Assembly: GCF_031769215.1 (NCBI RefSeq)
Contig: NW_026782081.1
Location: forward strand, 2,728,001-2,792,000
Reading direction: 5' to 3'
Source of the DNA: Ylistrum balloti
Taxonomy: Eukaryota
DNA length: 64,000 bases
Under the pieces are notes generated by a model. That model had not been told where the DNA came from. It searched no databases and saw only the letters and a program-made list of their open reading frames with translations. Below, piece after piece: positions 39,502 through 52,257 of this stretch. Within the stretch, counting starts at the first letter, position 1, and every line of letters begins with the position of its first letter. The position numbers and the translations under genes are program-made.

Positions 39502-42500
39502 ATGATGAAAAAATTACCTTTGTTCGTATTTGTACTAATATCAGCAATTCCTTACTCGGGTAAGCGTGTAGTGTATACATGTAAATATTGGTGGCGATAG
39601 ATGTTCATGGTGTTTGTGCCTGGTGTTTAAAGAATTTCGATCGCGCTTGTGTCATTGTTCGGTGTACAGGAAATTAATTTTAAATTCCATATGTTGTAGA
39701 TAGTTCGTTGTAATGACAAATGATCCATTCTGAGCACACTATGACTTCCTAATGTATCACAAAAACAAATTTAAAATCTTGATTGCAACATACGGTCATT
39801 TAATCCTCTGAATCTAAAAATTGATAATGTTGTAGACACATGTATCCTAGTTAAAATATATTCTTTCAAAGCTGACAGTGCAAGACAAGATTAGAATGCT
39901 TCCGAGACTTCCACTCTATGCTGTCGATATCTTACGGTCATTGTACATTTGTCTAAGAAGGTGGCAGACATTTTAGTCCAAACTGATGCCGGTATAGATT
40001 CTAATGACCATGTCAATTAACAAATCAAAGATTTTTAACTGTTGTCCGATTTTTTTTATTAAAGTTACTACATATGTGTAGTCTAATGTAACGAACACAA
40101 TGGTGCAATCAGTTTTTTTTTATAAAGCACAACCATGGCTGCCACATATGGTTAAGGTGTAGGCTATATTGATAGCAACTTTAAGTTATATCATTACAAT
40201 ATCTCTATTGCCTAGTGTCACCTGCTAGAGTACTGGTTACTGACCATGACCTTGTACCAGGTGTCATGGTGTCATGAATAAGTTTTGGGGTATTATGTTA
40301 CGGTATATATATATTTATAAAGCGTATATTTTCAGCCGCTGCTCAGTGTAGAGGAGGATGGATTGGCTTCAGGGAATCGTGCTACTATCTGTCGCATGGA
40401 GTTGCAACCTGGGTTGAGGCCGGTGTAAGTTTAAAAACGTTACAAGAATGGTACAAAAGACACACAAGAGGTTATACTTTTCAATATTAATTTGGATTTA
40501 TACACAGTATGCAAGAGCGTCATACTGCCATTTCATCCTTCTAAATCCCATGAGTTAAACCACGGACATAAATTATTAAAACTAGATTAATGAAGCTAAC
40601 ATCAATGAAATAGATGATTTGTAGGGCAATCATGAGAAGAACAAATACGTGCATATATTTATTTGCTAATTTTCCTTCTTACCAGGAAATTTGTAATATG
40701 CTCGGGGGCTTCCTTGCCATGATAGAGACAGCAGAAGAACTGACATTTCTGAAATCTGAATTAGTTCACCTTCATCAACATGGTAAGTACACGTCCGAAT
40801 ACTAATAATTAATTCATTTGCTTGACGGCTATTCAGATATTTGTGTTGTGACACATGGAATAAGCGTATGTAGAGCTGAAATTACCTGATTAGTGATGTC
40901 ATAGCGTCAGGTGTCATATGATTTGTGTCATCTGCAAAGAAAAGGAATTGAAATGTAAATATCGATTATTGAAATGCTCTAGCGGTCTAATTAACTGACT
41001 TATTATTAAAGTATCTACGTTATGTAATTTTGCACTTACGCGTTTCGATAGTGTTACATTAACTGAAAACCATGGAAGGTCCTCTATTCATCAATGCTGA
41101 TATGAAACAAATTTTTAATCGGTTATTACATATTTTATGTTATTGTCGAGAACATCATGTACACTATTTTATAAATAAGATAAGAAAATTGTTATGAATT
41201 GTTTCCATCCTAAATTACTCTCCCAACATAGTTAAGGAGTGCATGAGAATCGTTTTGGTATGTTAGCCTTTTTTGTCTTTTGTGCACTGCTTTTGTAATG
41301 CGTTTATTACATTATTATCATTTGACCTTAAATTCACAGAATATTTTATATTGGTGGCAATCAACCAATGTTAAAAGGACAAGGTTTGCACTTTACCTCT
41401 TTTAAATAAAACATACGTGTTGGAGGTATCCTGTGAGATTCCTCAATGGATTAACATTATATTTATTCCATGTTATCATAATTACAAGATACTGGTTGGC
41501 ATTTGTCTATTTACAAGGCAACGGCATCTGATGGTCAATGCACTTATATGTTTACATTTGTAATATACCTTTCCAACAAGTTACACATATGGTCGCTTGA
41601 AATAACATAAATAATAATAAATGAATACAAAACAATATATACGGGTGAATATTTTCTAAATATCACAAATACCAAGAACTTCCCATCCGGCTGTCACCAT
41701 GGCATGGGTTAAACGTACTTTCCTCAACATAGTGCAATTTCTGTATCTGTAAATCTGCGCACACATACAATAATTATATACCGCACTCAGTGTCACACTG
41801 ATCGGTGGCTCTTCCATATAAATACATCATGTTCCTAAACAATCTAGTATGTATTAATTGTCGGGAGAAAAGCTTCCAAAAAAGGAAGTGTTTGAATTCC
41901 TCATTTTCAAATATTGCCGTACCTGCGACTCGGTAACGTGGAAATTGAGATGATATACCTATATCCGACACGGAAAAGTTGATTCAGTCATAACTGTAAC
42001 ATTGTGCTCAATAGTTCTGGATATAACGTGATATTTGCATGTCCATTGAAAATTATATGCAACAGTATAACAACGATTTACCGACAGCAACATTCGCCAT
42101 CTGTATACCTAACCGGAGGACGAGTGTCAATGGCGACAATGACACTGGATAACCATGATACATAAGAAAATGACGTCAGGAATAATAGGGTGACCCAAAA
42201 AACTAGATTTGTTTGACTAGTCACTGATGTCATTAAATCCTTATTCTAATAACTGAAATTATGCACAAAACCGGAACTTAATTATCACTTAATTTCAAAA
42301 GGAATTGACCTTGTTTATACTGTTCCAGATATCTATTGCAAGTTAAACTCACTTTGTTTCAGCATAACCAAGCCATGCCATAATATAGCTTAACCCTCTC
42401 TTTACTAAGCGCAAGTCCTTTTCTTTGTTGGAATTTTAAGGCTTCGCTTGTAGCTTTTCTTCGTGAGGCGACCGGAGCACAAGTTACACAAAGTGACTCA

Positions 42501-43936
42501 GCAGCCAAATGATCTTCTGACGATATATTTCACATTGCTTTATGTTCTTCTCTTTAATCAAATAAAACGCTGAAACTTGCCTTGACATTTTAACATTTTA
42601 CATCATACACAGGACAGGAAATTTGAATGCACTATTGAATATTATTCACATAAATGCTATTTAGCATAAAAGAATACAGGAATTCCAATGTGAAAATAAA
42701 CAATGATAAAAAACATCATTATAAAATCAATTGTGGCATGAAGAATATGCTACAAGTCCACTTGTAATGATATCAACTATAACATAGTTTACAGATCAAA
42801 GCTGAACCACTTTTAAAGCAAAACGAATACGAGTAAGTGAAATCAATGTAAGCTCCTGCGGATTTTGTACCGAATCTGTGGTCAGGAACATGAAAACATA
42901 CATCATCAGTGACTTTTAATAATTGATACGTTTATCAACATCTACACATATTCTTGTTTCAATGAAAAGAATTGTCGCTTCAGACATTGTATTTTTTTAG
43001 ATGCTTCAACGAAGCAATATTGGATTGATGGCAACGACCTCGAGATCGAAAATGTCTGGAGGTGGATAAAAACTGGACAGACTATTACCTTTACGGACTG
43101 GGCTCCTGGAGAACCTAATGCTGCCGAAAATGATAATTGCTTGAACCTTTGGGGAAAGAGTGGATTTCGCTACGCTGACAATCCTTGCGAAGAACATTAC
43201 AACTATGTGTGTGAAATNNNNNNNNNNNNNNNNNNNNNNNNNNNNNNNNNNNNNNNNNNNNNNNNNNNNNNNNNNNNNNNNNNNNNNNNNNNNNNNNNNN
43301 NNNNNNNNNNNNNNNNNNNNNNNNNNNNNNNNNNNNNNNNNNNNNNNNNNNNNNNNNNNNNNCGAGAAACGGCGACATTTCAGGGCCAAATTGAAAGAAC
43401 ACACAAAGGCAGGCCATGATGTCCTATTCATTACTGGACAGGAATATACGATTTCCAGATTATCGATGCAAGTGATTATCTTTCATGAACCCTTTCTGTG
43501 ACATCTCATAGTTTACTTAACTATATAACAATTTTAGCTAGTCTAAGATTAATAGAAAATATAGCTAAAATTGTACAATGCAATGCAAACATGATACAGA
43601 TAAATTTACAAACAGCATATTTAGATCCTAATGTCATTTTTGACGAGGACAATAATGCCGGTGAATGGCAGATATCTTTCCACTACAGAGTCAGTAAATA
43701 TCATCGAAATTGAAGGAAATCGGTCCCTATAATTAAGGAATGGATTGCGAAGTTTCCAGACTACCTTCATCGTACCTGTCAGTAGTAGTAGGTGTTATAT
43801 AACATTTAATACATGATGTTACATGTAATTTTCATTTCTGTCAGATAAAATAAGGGGGGGGATCAATCTTTATCAACATAGTATTTTGCTACTGTTTCAT
43901 TACAGAGATTCTGAGATGTCAGGGATTGTGGGATGA
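39502..43936 (+). CDS. Secreted C-type lectin L3 (~164 aa, EPN motif)
   Basis: Exons: 39502-39559 (MMKKLPLFVFVLISAIPYS), 40336-40424 (CRGGWIGFRESCYYLSHGVATWVEAG), 40686-40782, 43001-~43220 (WAPGEPNAAENDNC..YADNPC; last 3 nt fall in the N gap) and 43906-43936 (DSEMSGIVG*). Confidence 0.88.
43218..43362. other. Assembly gap (145 N)
   Basis: Run of n. Confidence 1.
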
Positions 43937-46289
43937 TGACATTATGCTGTCAGGAGGACGATAGAGAATACTTCAGCCATACGAATATAACAATTCATCC
44001 AATAACAGCATTTTCGTATCAACCGGCGACAGTGTTTATCTATTAGATAATAAACACACATTATTGTACTAAATAGGAAAGGCTTTGATATTGTAACATG
44101 CAAATAATGTGAAATGTTCCCCTTATATATTCAGGGGATAGTAATTGTTAAAACCAAACCTCATCACCATATATCCAGTATATGCATGTAACAACATAAA
44201 TGTATATCAGTACTTAGGTAATGAAATCTAAAAGAGATGTGATCATCACAATACTAGCGAAATTCTACAAAAACTAGGACCTGCATAATTATCTTCAAGA
44301 CGGTTTATGACATGTTGTTAGCCAATCAAAGCGTTTCTTTCAATCCTTAATAACGTAGAAACTCTGTCCACTTTCCAGAAAAGTTGTGAAGAGATTCGGG
44401 TCAAAATGTAGGTCGAGACATGAAAAGTAAAAGAGAAATCCCTGCATGGGTTATTTACCTAAATTGTTGTTTATATTGATTTACATACCTAAAATTCGTA
44501 ATGTCTACCTCTGAATGACGAAGTAGATCAATAAACGACCATCGTGGAGAAGCATCGACAAGTGACGTGATGAAAGACTCATACGAGATTGTCACTACGT
44601 TTCTTTCAAATGTAGATAAGGATTTATGTATAAGTGGGAATAGAATCATCCAGTAAAGGTAGGAGACAATACCTTATCATATATTTATATATTGGATGAA
44701 GTCGATTGATACTATCACCTACATATTTATTGACATCATGACCTTATCTCGAAGCAAACTGAACCGGAATATGTTACAATGATTACCAAAATCGTGCTTT
44801 CTTCTTCATATTTCGATAACATATTTGAGCATGTCGTTATAACAAATGTATCGATGTCGATCATCTGTCTCAGGAAAGATGGTCGCCATCTTTACGCTCT
44901 AGTAAAATTCCTGAGTATATCGAGGATTAGAACATCAAAATTACCCACTAAACAACTAATGACCGGTAATTCAGAAAATGGATTACATGTGATGCTTTCG
45001 TTAAAATACTGACGTTTCTGATGCAACATTAACATTAAATCTTTGCCTGTGTGAGTGTGTAAGGATGTATCAATATATGTTTGTAATGTGTAAACAAAAA
45101 CAAAATAAATACAAAAACCCATACCCTCAAGTTTGAGAAAATAAGTTTCTTAGTTTTTAATACGAAAATCTTTCATTCATCATAACAGGTGAAATTAGAT
45201 TTGCATAATTTAAATCTCCAATGAACTGCGAATACTAATCACTTTGAAAATTATGATAACGAAACTAGACCAAAAAATATTTGAAAAGAAATGTCTAAAA
45301 ATTCAGTATGGGGAAGTTCTTATGTCCATATATCATGATAACCTTGGATGTCGTATTGTGGTCTCTAATCTAAATAGTACCAGAGAAAATATAATCCTTC
45401 CTCATTGTTTTTCAAGAATCTTTGCCTAAAAATACCGTCGCTAGAGGTGTGGCTCTATTCGAGATAGGATGCAACGGGACATGAACGGACACAATGGATT
45501 GTAAGATATGGGGGCCGAGTTGAAGTTTAAATATTACTTTTTGTAAACAAATGCACCCCTATGGTATATGTTTTAACTTTGATCTGTCGTTGTTTGTTTG
45601 TTTGCCCTTTCGAGTTTTTGTTATTTGTTGATTTAAAAATCATTATAATTTAGGAATCTATGCCGATTCGATTTGAAGCAACCAAGTGTTCTGTCACCGG
45701 CTTACTTGTTTGACAATAGAATTAAACAGATAAGTGTTGTTTATTATGAAAACTTATGTATGTACGATTAATAAGCGATTATCAGATATGTTTTGAATAA
45801 AATACTATTTCATTCAGGATTACATGCCTTACGCCATATTTTAAAAATAAAAATCGTCGTACATTATGTGGCTTGACAGAGAATATCGATGTTATTAATC
45901 ACCATGAAACCAAATTGACCGATCTCGAAATGTAAACATAAGGAAAATATAATTTTTCGACATACATTACAAATACTTAAGAACCCAAAAATCAGAAAAA
46001 AATTATCCACGGTTGTAATGATCAGGATCTGAGTTACTAGCTCTGAGACAGAGAAGGGATACACATTTTATATAAAATGTATAACTGCTTTGAATTAAAA
46101 TCAATGTCTAGGGCAAACAGTTCGATATACGGGTTCTTCATTACAAACACCTCTATTTTGTGATAGGAAAGTCCCAGTGTTCTGCAATATTGTTTGTTTG
46201 ATAGTTCTTAACTACAAAGAATAAATTCAAGATTAATTTGGTATCTGGAATCCAAGCGCATAATATCACCCCTACAAAGCAGTTTTAGT

Positions 46290-47420
46290 TCTATGCGAGG
46301 TACCAACGATCATTTGGTTAGACTTGAAACCTTTGTGCGTGAGGCTTTTCTAAAGAAGGAGCACTTGGTTGCTGTTTTCTTAAATTTGGAAAAGGCTTAC
46401 GACACAACATGGAAATACGGCATAATGAAAGATCTGCACGATATACGTATTAAAGGTAATCTACCAATTTTTATTTCAAATTTTCTATCAGATATAGTAT
46501 TTCAAGTCCGAAATGGAACGACCCTTTCCGATGTTCATCAACATCAAATCGGTGTACCACAACATAGCATTCTTTCGGTTATACTTATAATTAACAGTAT
46601 TGTCAAAACATTATCCCCTTCAATGGAGGGTGCTCTTTATGTCGATGACTTCATCTTATGCTATCGATTTAAGCATATGAATACTATCGAAAGACAACTA
46701 CAACAATGTTTGAAACGACTACAAGTTTTGGCAGATGAAAATGGTTTTAAATTTTGACAATCAAAACAATTTGTATACATTTTTGTCAAATTCGGAAACA
46801 ACACGACGATCAAAATCTGTTTCTCTGTGGTGCACCCATTCCGGTTATTGAGCAAACGAAATTCTTAGGTGTAATATTCGACAGGAAATTGTCGTTCCTT
46901 CCACACATAAAATACCTTAAAGCCAAATGCCTTAAGGCACTGAATATTCTAAAGGTTGTGTCCCACACTGGGGAGCTGAAAAGTTTTGCTAAGACTCTAT
47001 AGAGGCCATATTAGAACAGAAATTGGACTACGGTTCCAATGTGTATGGATCTGCTAGACCTTCATTTTTGAAATTATTAGACATTGTTCTTCACCAAGGT
47101 CTCAGACTCGCTTTTGGAGCTTTTAAGACCACATCTACAGCAAGCGAGAACGTTTTTATCGTAACATTACATGTCTAAAATCCCTTTTTGAAACTGTTGA
47201 GATTTGTAAAATTCTACATTACCTGAAAGATGTTGGTCTATAAAATAGACTTTAACGTACCATTTTAATATTTTGTGTTAACATACCCATTTAAGGTTTT
47301 TAACATTTCTTTTTTACCTTTTGGTTTGTTTAATGTTATTTCATTTTGGATCACTGTGTGTTTAACCGATGGCCCTAATGAATTTTTATGTGTTGACGTG
47401 CCCTGAAGAATATAATAATA
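46290..47420 (+). mobile_element. Internally deleted I-group LINE: RT fragment joined directly to the 3' end
   Basis: DHLVRLETFVREAFLKKEHLVAVFLNLEKAYDTTW..GVPQHSIL..LYVDDF..KFLGVIFDRKLSFLPHIKYLK..LDYGS..GAFKT. At ~47146 it jumps to sequence matching 16616-16890. Confidence 0.85.
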
Positions 47421-48489
47421 ACAAAGAACATAGCTATTTTGTAATAGGAAGTTCCCAGTGTTATGCATTATATTTGTTGTTTGATGATCACTTATCCTCC
47501 CCCTCCCCCTGCATGTGATTTCAAAAACAATTACGGTTTCGGTGTGAAGTGTGTTATGTTGGCACAGCATCAGAGATATGACTCGATAAGCCGACAAACG
47601 GAGGTTCGAGTTAAATACAGTGTTTGTCTTTTTCTTGTTTAATAGTTCACTACAGCCGATACTTCCATCACACTAAAATGACGTTTTGGATTCCCTCATT
47701 GTCACAAAATGTCATAGTGGACACCGACAGCTACCAAATAAAAACATTATCAGCGCGGTCTTTGAAATATGATTGTTTGAATTTTCGCTTTATAACAAGA
47801 GGATGAAATTTCAAAAAGCGGTATTTTGTATTCTATTTTTTTGTTTGCTGTTAGTTGGTATCAATCGCTTTCAAACTGTTTTAATATACTAAATAAGAGA
47901 AAAACAGCATATGGGAATTAATTGATGTAAAACCTTCTGACGCAACTTTCGCATTATTAGTTTAGAACAGGGAAATTGATCAATTTCTTTGCATTGACTA
48001 GAATGTACTGTTTTAGTTGGTCACAACTGAAAATTTATATCATTAGGGGAAAAGTTAGTGCTGATGTAAATCATTCTTAAATCATTACTTCAGTTTTTAT
48101 TTTATTGAAAATTTCCGATATTTCACTGGCAAACTGAAACAAATGATATATATCTACCAGATCCAGTGTGTACATACGTGTTTAACTGTTATTCATGGAG
48201 TGGAAGGTTTCAAATATCATATATAGTTTATGCGAAGGTACACTTACTTTTATGGACGATTATGGCTTTAAAATTTTATAAAGCAAATAACATTCGACTT
48301 TACACCTTTGTATGTGACCATATCGCTATTACCTCATTGACCTATCATTCATATATCTTGTATTACGTATATAATGAACGGCTCCGGTATCAACAATCTT
48401 ATCTACCACATGTACGGACGCCAAACCCTTTCTTATCGCCAAATTAAAGAATTGTCTTTATTTTCCAGCACGGACTGTGAACTGGAATA

Positions 48490-51400
48490 ATGGTTAATCT
48501 ACCTGTGTTAACATTTGTATTTATTTTAGCGATTCCATACTCAGGTAAGTGTGAAAATGTAGTGTTGTCTGCATCGATTTGTTTTATCGTTATTTGTCAA
48601 GAGATTGGTTTAGTGTCACAGCCTGATAATCTGAGTTTTGTCTAAGTAAGAGTTTTTGAATCTCTATGTTGGAATTTCAACTTCATTGTGTTCTATTCGC
48701 TTAGATCATGTAGCTATGTTTTCCACTCAAATCCCAATGTACACAAAAATCATCCTCGAATATAGACTCAACAAAAAAAGAAAGGTTAACATGTTTCCTT
48801 GGCGAATACCTGTAAATGAGAGAAAACAAAATGACGTTTGTGCAATATAAGAAAATGGTAATGTTTTACATTACAAAATCCAAGGGGGTTACCAAAATCA
48901 TTCAAGCGTGAAAGTCTGTATTAGCGAAAGAGCTGCACGAGGTTTTCTGCGACTAACTTGTATCTTCGCTTGAATTTCATAAACATTCAAACTGACAACT
49001 GTTCCTTAGGTCCTTAGGACTTAGAAATCACCGAATCTTGCTATCTATCAACTTTATCATTATGCCCCGGCTGTCACAAGTACAGAGAGAAAAGGCTGTA
49101 GGCATGATCCAGGCTGGGGAGTCTCGCCGTCGAGTTGCACGGCATTTTGTTTGCAGTGTTAATACAATTTGCCAGTTGGTAAGTCGTTTAAACCAAACTG
49201 GGTCAACATCCAATCTTCCCTGAAGCGGCCGACCCCGTAAACCGACCGCCAGGGATGACCGTCGTATACGATTGATACACTTGCGCAATCGATTCGTAGC
49301 CGCAGTAGAGACTACAAGGACATTGTTTGAGCGTCGTGTGTCTCCCCAAACAGTCCGCAACAGGTTAAGGGTCTACCAATTGAAAGCGCGGCGCCCCTTC
49401 ACTGGACCCAATTTGTTGCGACGTCATCGTAATAATCGGCGTAACTGGACCCGTGTTCACCGTCATTGGGCCTTACGACAATGGAACAATGTTCTGTTTT
49501 CAGATGAGTCCAGGTTTTGTCTGCAACACGGTGACGGAAGGCGCAGAGTGTGGAGGCGCCGAAGGGAGCGTTTTGCGAACTGCTGCGTCGCAGAACGGGA
49601 CCGCTTTGGCGGCGGAAGTGTAATGGTTTGGGGTGGTATTTGTGGGGGGACTTGGACCAAACTTGTTGAGTTAAATGGCAATTTAACAGGCATTCGATAT
49701 CGGGACAAAATTTTAAGACCAGTGGTTCTGCCATTCTTAAGATGCCATGATGTTGGCGCCATTTTTCAACAGGATAACGCACCAGCGCACACCAGTCGCG
49801 TCAGCAGAACTTTCTTGCAGCAAAATAACGTACAGGTGTTAGATTGGCCATCTAAATCACCTGATTTGTCACCGATTGAGCATGTCTGGGACATTCTTGG
49901 GCGACGCGTGAGAGAACGTCAAAATCAGCCGTCAAACTTGCAAGAGCTGGCCCAAGCCTTGATCGCTGAATGGAACAACATCTCTTTTCGAATTATTCGC
50001 CGATTTACGAGATCCATGCGACGACGCTGCAATGCTGTTTACTTCGCAAACGGTGGCAATACCCGTTACTATTGGTGTTACCTTTGAAATTGACTCCAAC
50101 GTCCTTTACAGTCAAATAAAATCAACTGAACGCAAAGTTTTATAATGAACCATGACTGCAGTTTTATCAGAATTTATCAATTATGTTATTCGTACATTAT
50201 TGGTAAGGATTTATGAAGGGGTTAATTAATTAATCACAGAATAAAGTAGTGTTACCTTTCTTTTTTTTGTTTAGTATATGTGTAAAAACATTTTGATTAG
50301 ATACGAAACCATGATTTCACGATATTTCGAGTAATTTTGTTGAGGTTTGTGTTAGGTATATGTTGTATTACAGCGGTTATAACGTTTGATGACTGAATTG
50401 TTCCACTTGTCTCATGACGGTGACAACAAAGTCGCTTATCCTACACATGACTGTTATACATAAACATGTTTTCAAAATAACTGCAAGATATTGTTAATAA
50501 CCTGGTTTAATTTAATCTTGTTGCCGGTGGTGTTCGGCGCAATGATATATATCCTTAAGCCAAAATAAGATGAACCAAATTAGTTTACCGAAAACTTTGT
50601 TAAGGTAACTTCAAATATAATCCATTCTTTTATTGTCTCCTATTAGGACCGAACAGGTTCATGTTAGGAATCTTCATTGAGGGAATGGAATCCAAAACTT
50701 AGTCAGGATGGATGTTTCACTAGTTGATATGCTGCGTGGAAACATGAGAATAAGTAATGGGTAACGTTGATGTTTATCGTAACCTATTAGTTTCAATATA
50801 TAATTCATAAATGGTCTATTAACAGCCGCCGTCCAGTGTAGAGGGGGATGGATTGGCTTCGAGGATTCATGTTACTATCTGTCTCACGGAGTCGCCACCT
50901 GGGCTGAGGCCGGAGTAAGTTTGAACAAATGCCGTAAATGAACGTGAATATGATAAATGCAAGACTCTTTGGAAATAGCTGCAATCTAAAAAGAGACAAA
51001 AATGTACAAGAATACTTTTTTTCCAAACAGGGTGTTTGTAAGATGCTTGGAGGCTTTCTAGCTATGATAGAAAGAGCAGACGAACTGACTTTTCTGAAAT
51101 CTGCGTTAAATAATCTCCATCATAATGGTAGGTATATGTGTAAACCTGAATGATATACGCTATTGGAGGTATTTCGCTAGGTATTGATACTTAACACCCA
51201 TTTCTAGAATTAAATTGTAACGATTACGCTAAAAGTAAAGAAAAATATGATTTATTTGTTTTAGATGCTTCAACGAAGCAATACTGGATTGATGGCAACG
51301 ACCTCGAGATCGAAAATGTCTGGAGGTGGATAAAAACTGGACAGACTATTACCTTTACGGACTGGGCTCCTGGAGAACCTAATGCTGCCGAAAACGATAA

Positions 51401-51889
51401 TTGCTTGAACCTTTGGGGAAAGAGTGGATTTCGCTACGCTGACAATGATTGCGAAGAACATTACAACTATGTATGCCAAATAAGGTATGCATAAACATAG
51501 CTGACAATGAACACTTTTATTCTTCACGCATTAAGATAGCTGTTTGGTTTTATCACTAACATCAGCGTTATATTTCAATGACGATGACAAATGACGGGAC
51601 AAAGCTCCGCAGAAGCACAGTCCATATTGTCAAGGTCTTTGAGGAAAACATTAATCAGAACCGCCGTTTGCTTATGTAAAATACAAGTCACTTGTTTCCT
51701 TTCTTCATCAATCAAATAAAACGTAGCTGGTATTTTACATAGCTTTATAACATGTATGTTACTTGCTTTTATAAGTTTTTAGCAGCAGTTATTCGATAAA
51801 AGTTAAGAAATCAATATTTTTGTACCAACTCAGTATTTTTGCCATTGTATCATTTCAGAGATCCTGAAGAAACTGAAATTGTTGGATGA
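48490..51889 (+). CDS. Secreted C-type lectin L4 (163 aa, EPN motif; paralog of L3)
   Basis: Exons: 48490-48544 (MVNLPVLTFVFILAIPYS), 50826-50914, 51031-51127, 51265-51484 (WAPGEPNAAENDNC..YADNDC) and 51859-51889 (DPEETEIVG*). Confidence 0.9.
48763..50276 (+). mobile_element. Tc1-family DNA transposon (~1.5 kb) in L4 intron 1
   Basis: Imperfect terminal inverted repeats (left actcaacaaaaaaagaaaggttaaca; right tgttacctttcttttttttgtttagt), flanked by TA dinucleotides, enclosing a transposase frame. Confidence 0.9.
49062..50087 (+). pseudogene. Tc1 transposase (DD34E) with a single premature stop
   Basis: MPRLSQVQREKAVGM (HTH)..LP*SGRPRK..FSDESRF..VMVWGGI..FQQDNAPAH-34aa-SPDLSPIEHVW. TGA at 49221-49223 interrupts an otherwise continuous 341-codon frame. 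Confidence 0.92.
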
Positions 51890-52045
51890 TGACTGCCTTT
51901 ACCAAAAATAACATCGCTATAGAGAAATAAAAATAGAACAATATACAGCATATGAAGCTGTTCCGGTGACATTGTTTATATTTTAGTACATTAGCACATA
52001 ATTTCTTCTAAAAGCTCTCTTAAAATTACTTTTATACAATGCCGA

Positions 52046-52070
52046 TCTCTCTCTCTCTCTCTCTCTCTCT

Positions 52071-52110
<40 letters not shown>
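52046..52110. repeat. Compound microsatellite (CT)n(CA)n
   Basis: Directly visible between the 3' ends of L4 and L5. Confidence 0.95.
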
Positions 52111-52111
<1 letters not shown>

Positions 52112-52257
52112 CCCCCCACACACACAAACATAAAATAGTCTCAACTCTGAATGAATTGTTTATGTTTTGGTTTATTTAAAAATATCATAAAATTCGGTGT
52201 TGATACGTATTAATCAAGATTCATTTCCTGATCGCTTTGTCACGAACGAATTTTCCA

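Noticed and set aside
43006-43501. ORFs spanning N gaps (also 58843-59115)
   Set aside because: They are open only because N codons contain no stops.
49028-49782. Antisense ORFs overlapping the transposase
   Set aside because: They are shadow frames of GC-rich coding DNA with no recognisable motifs.
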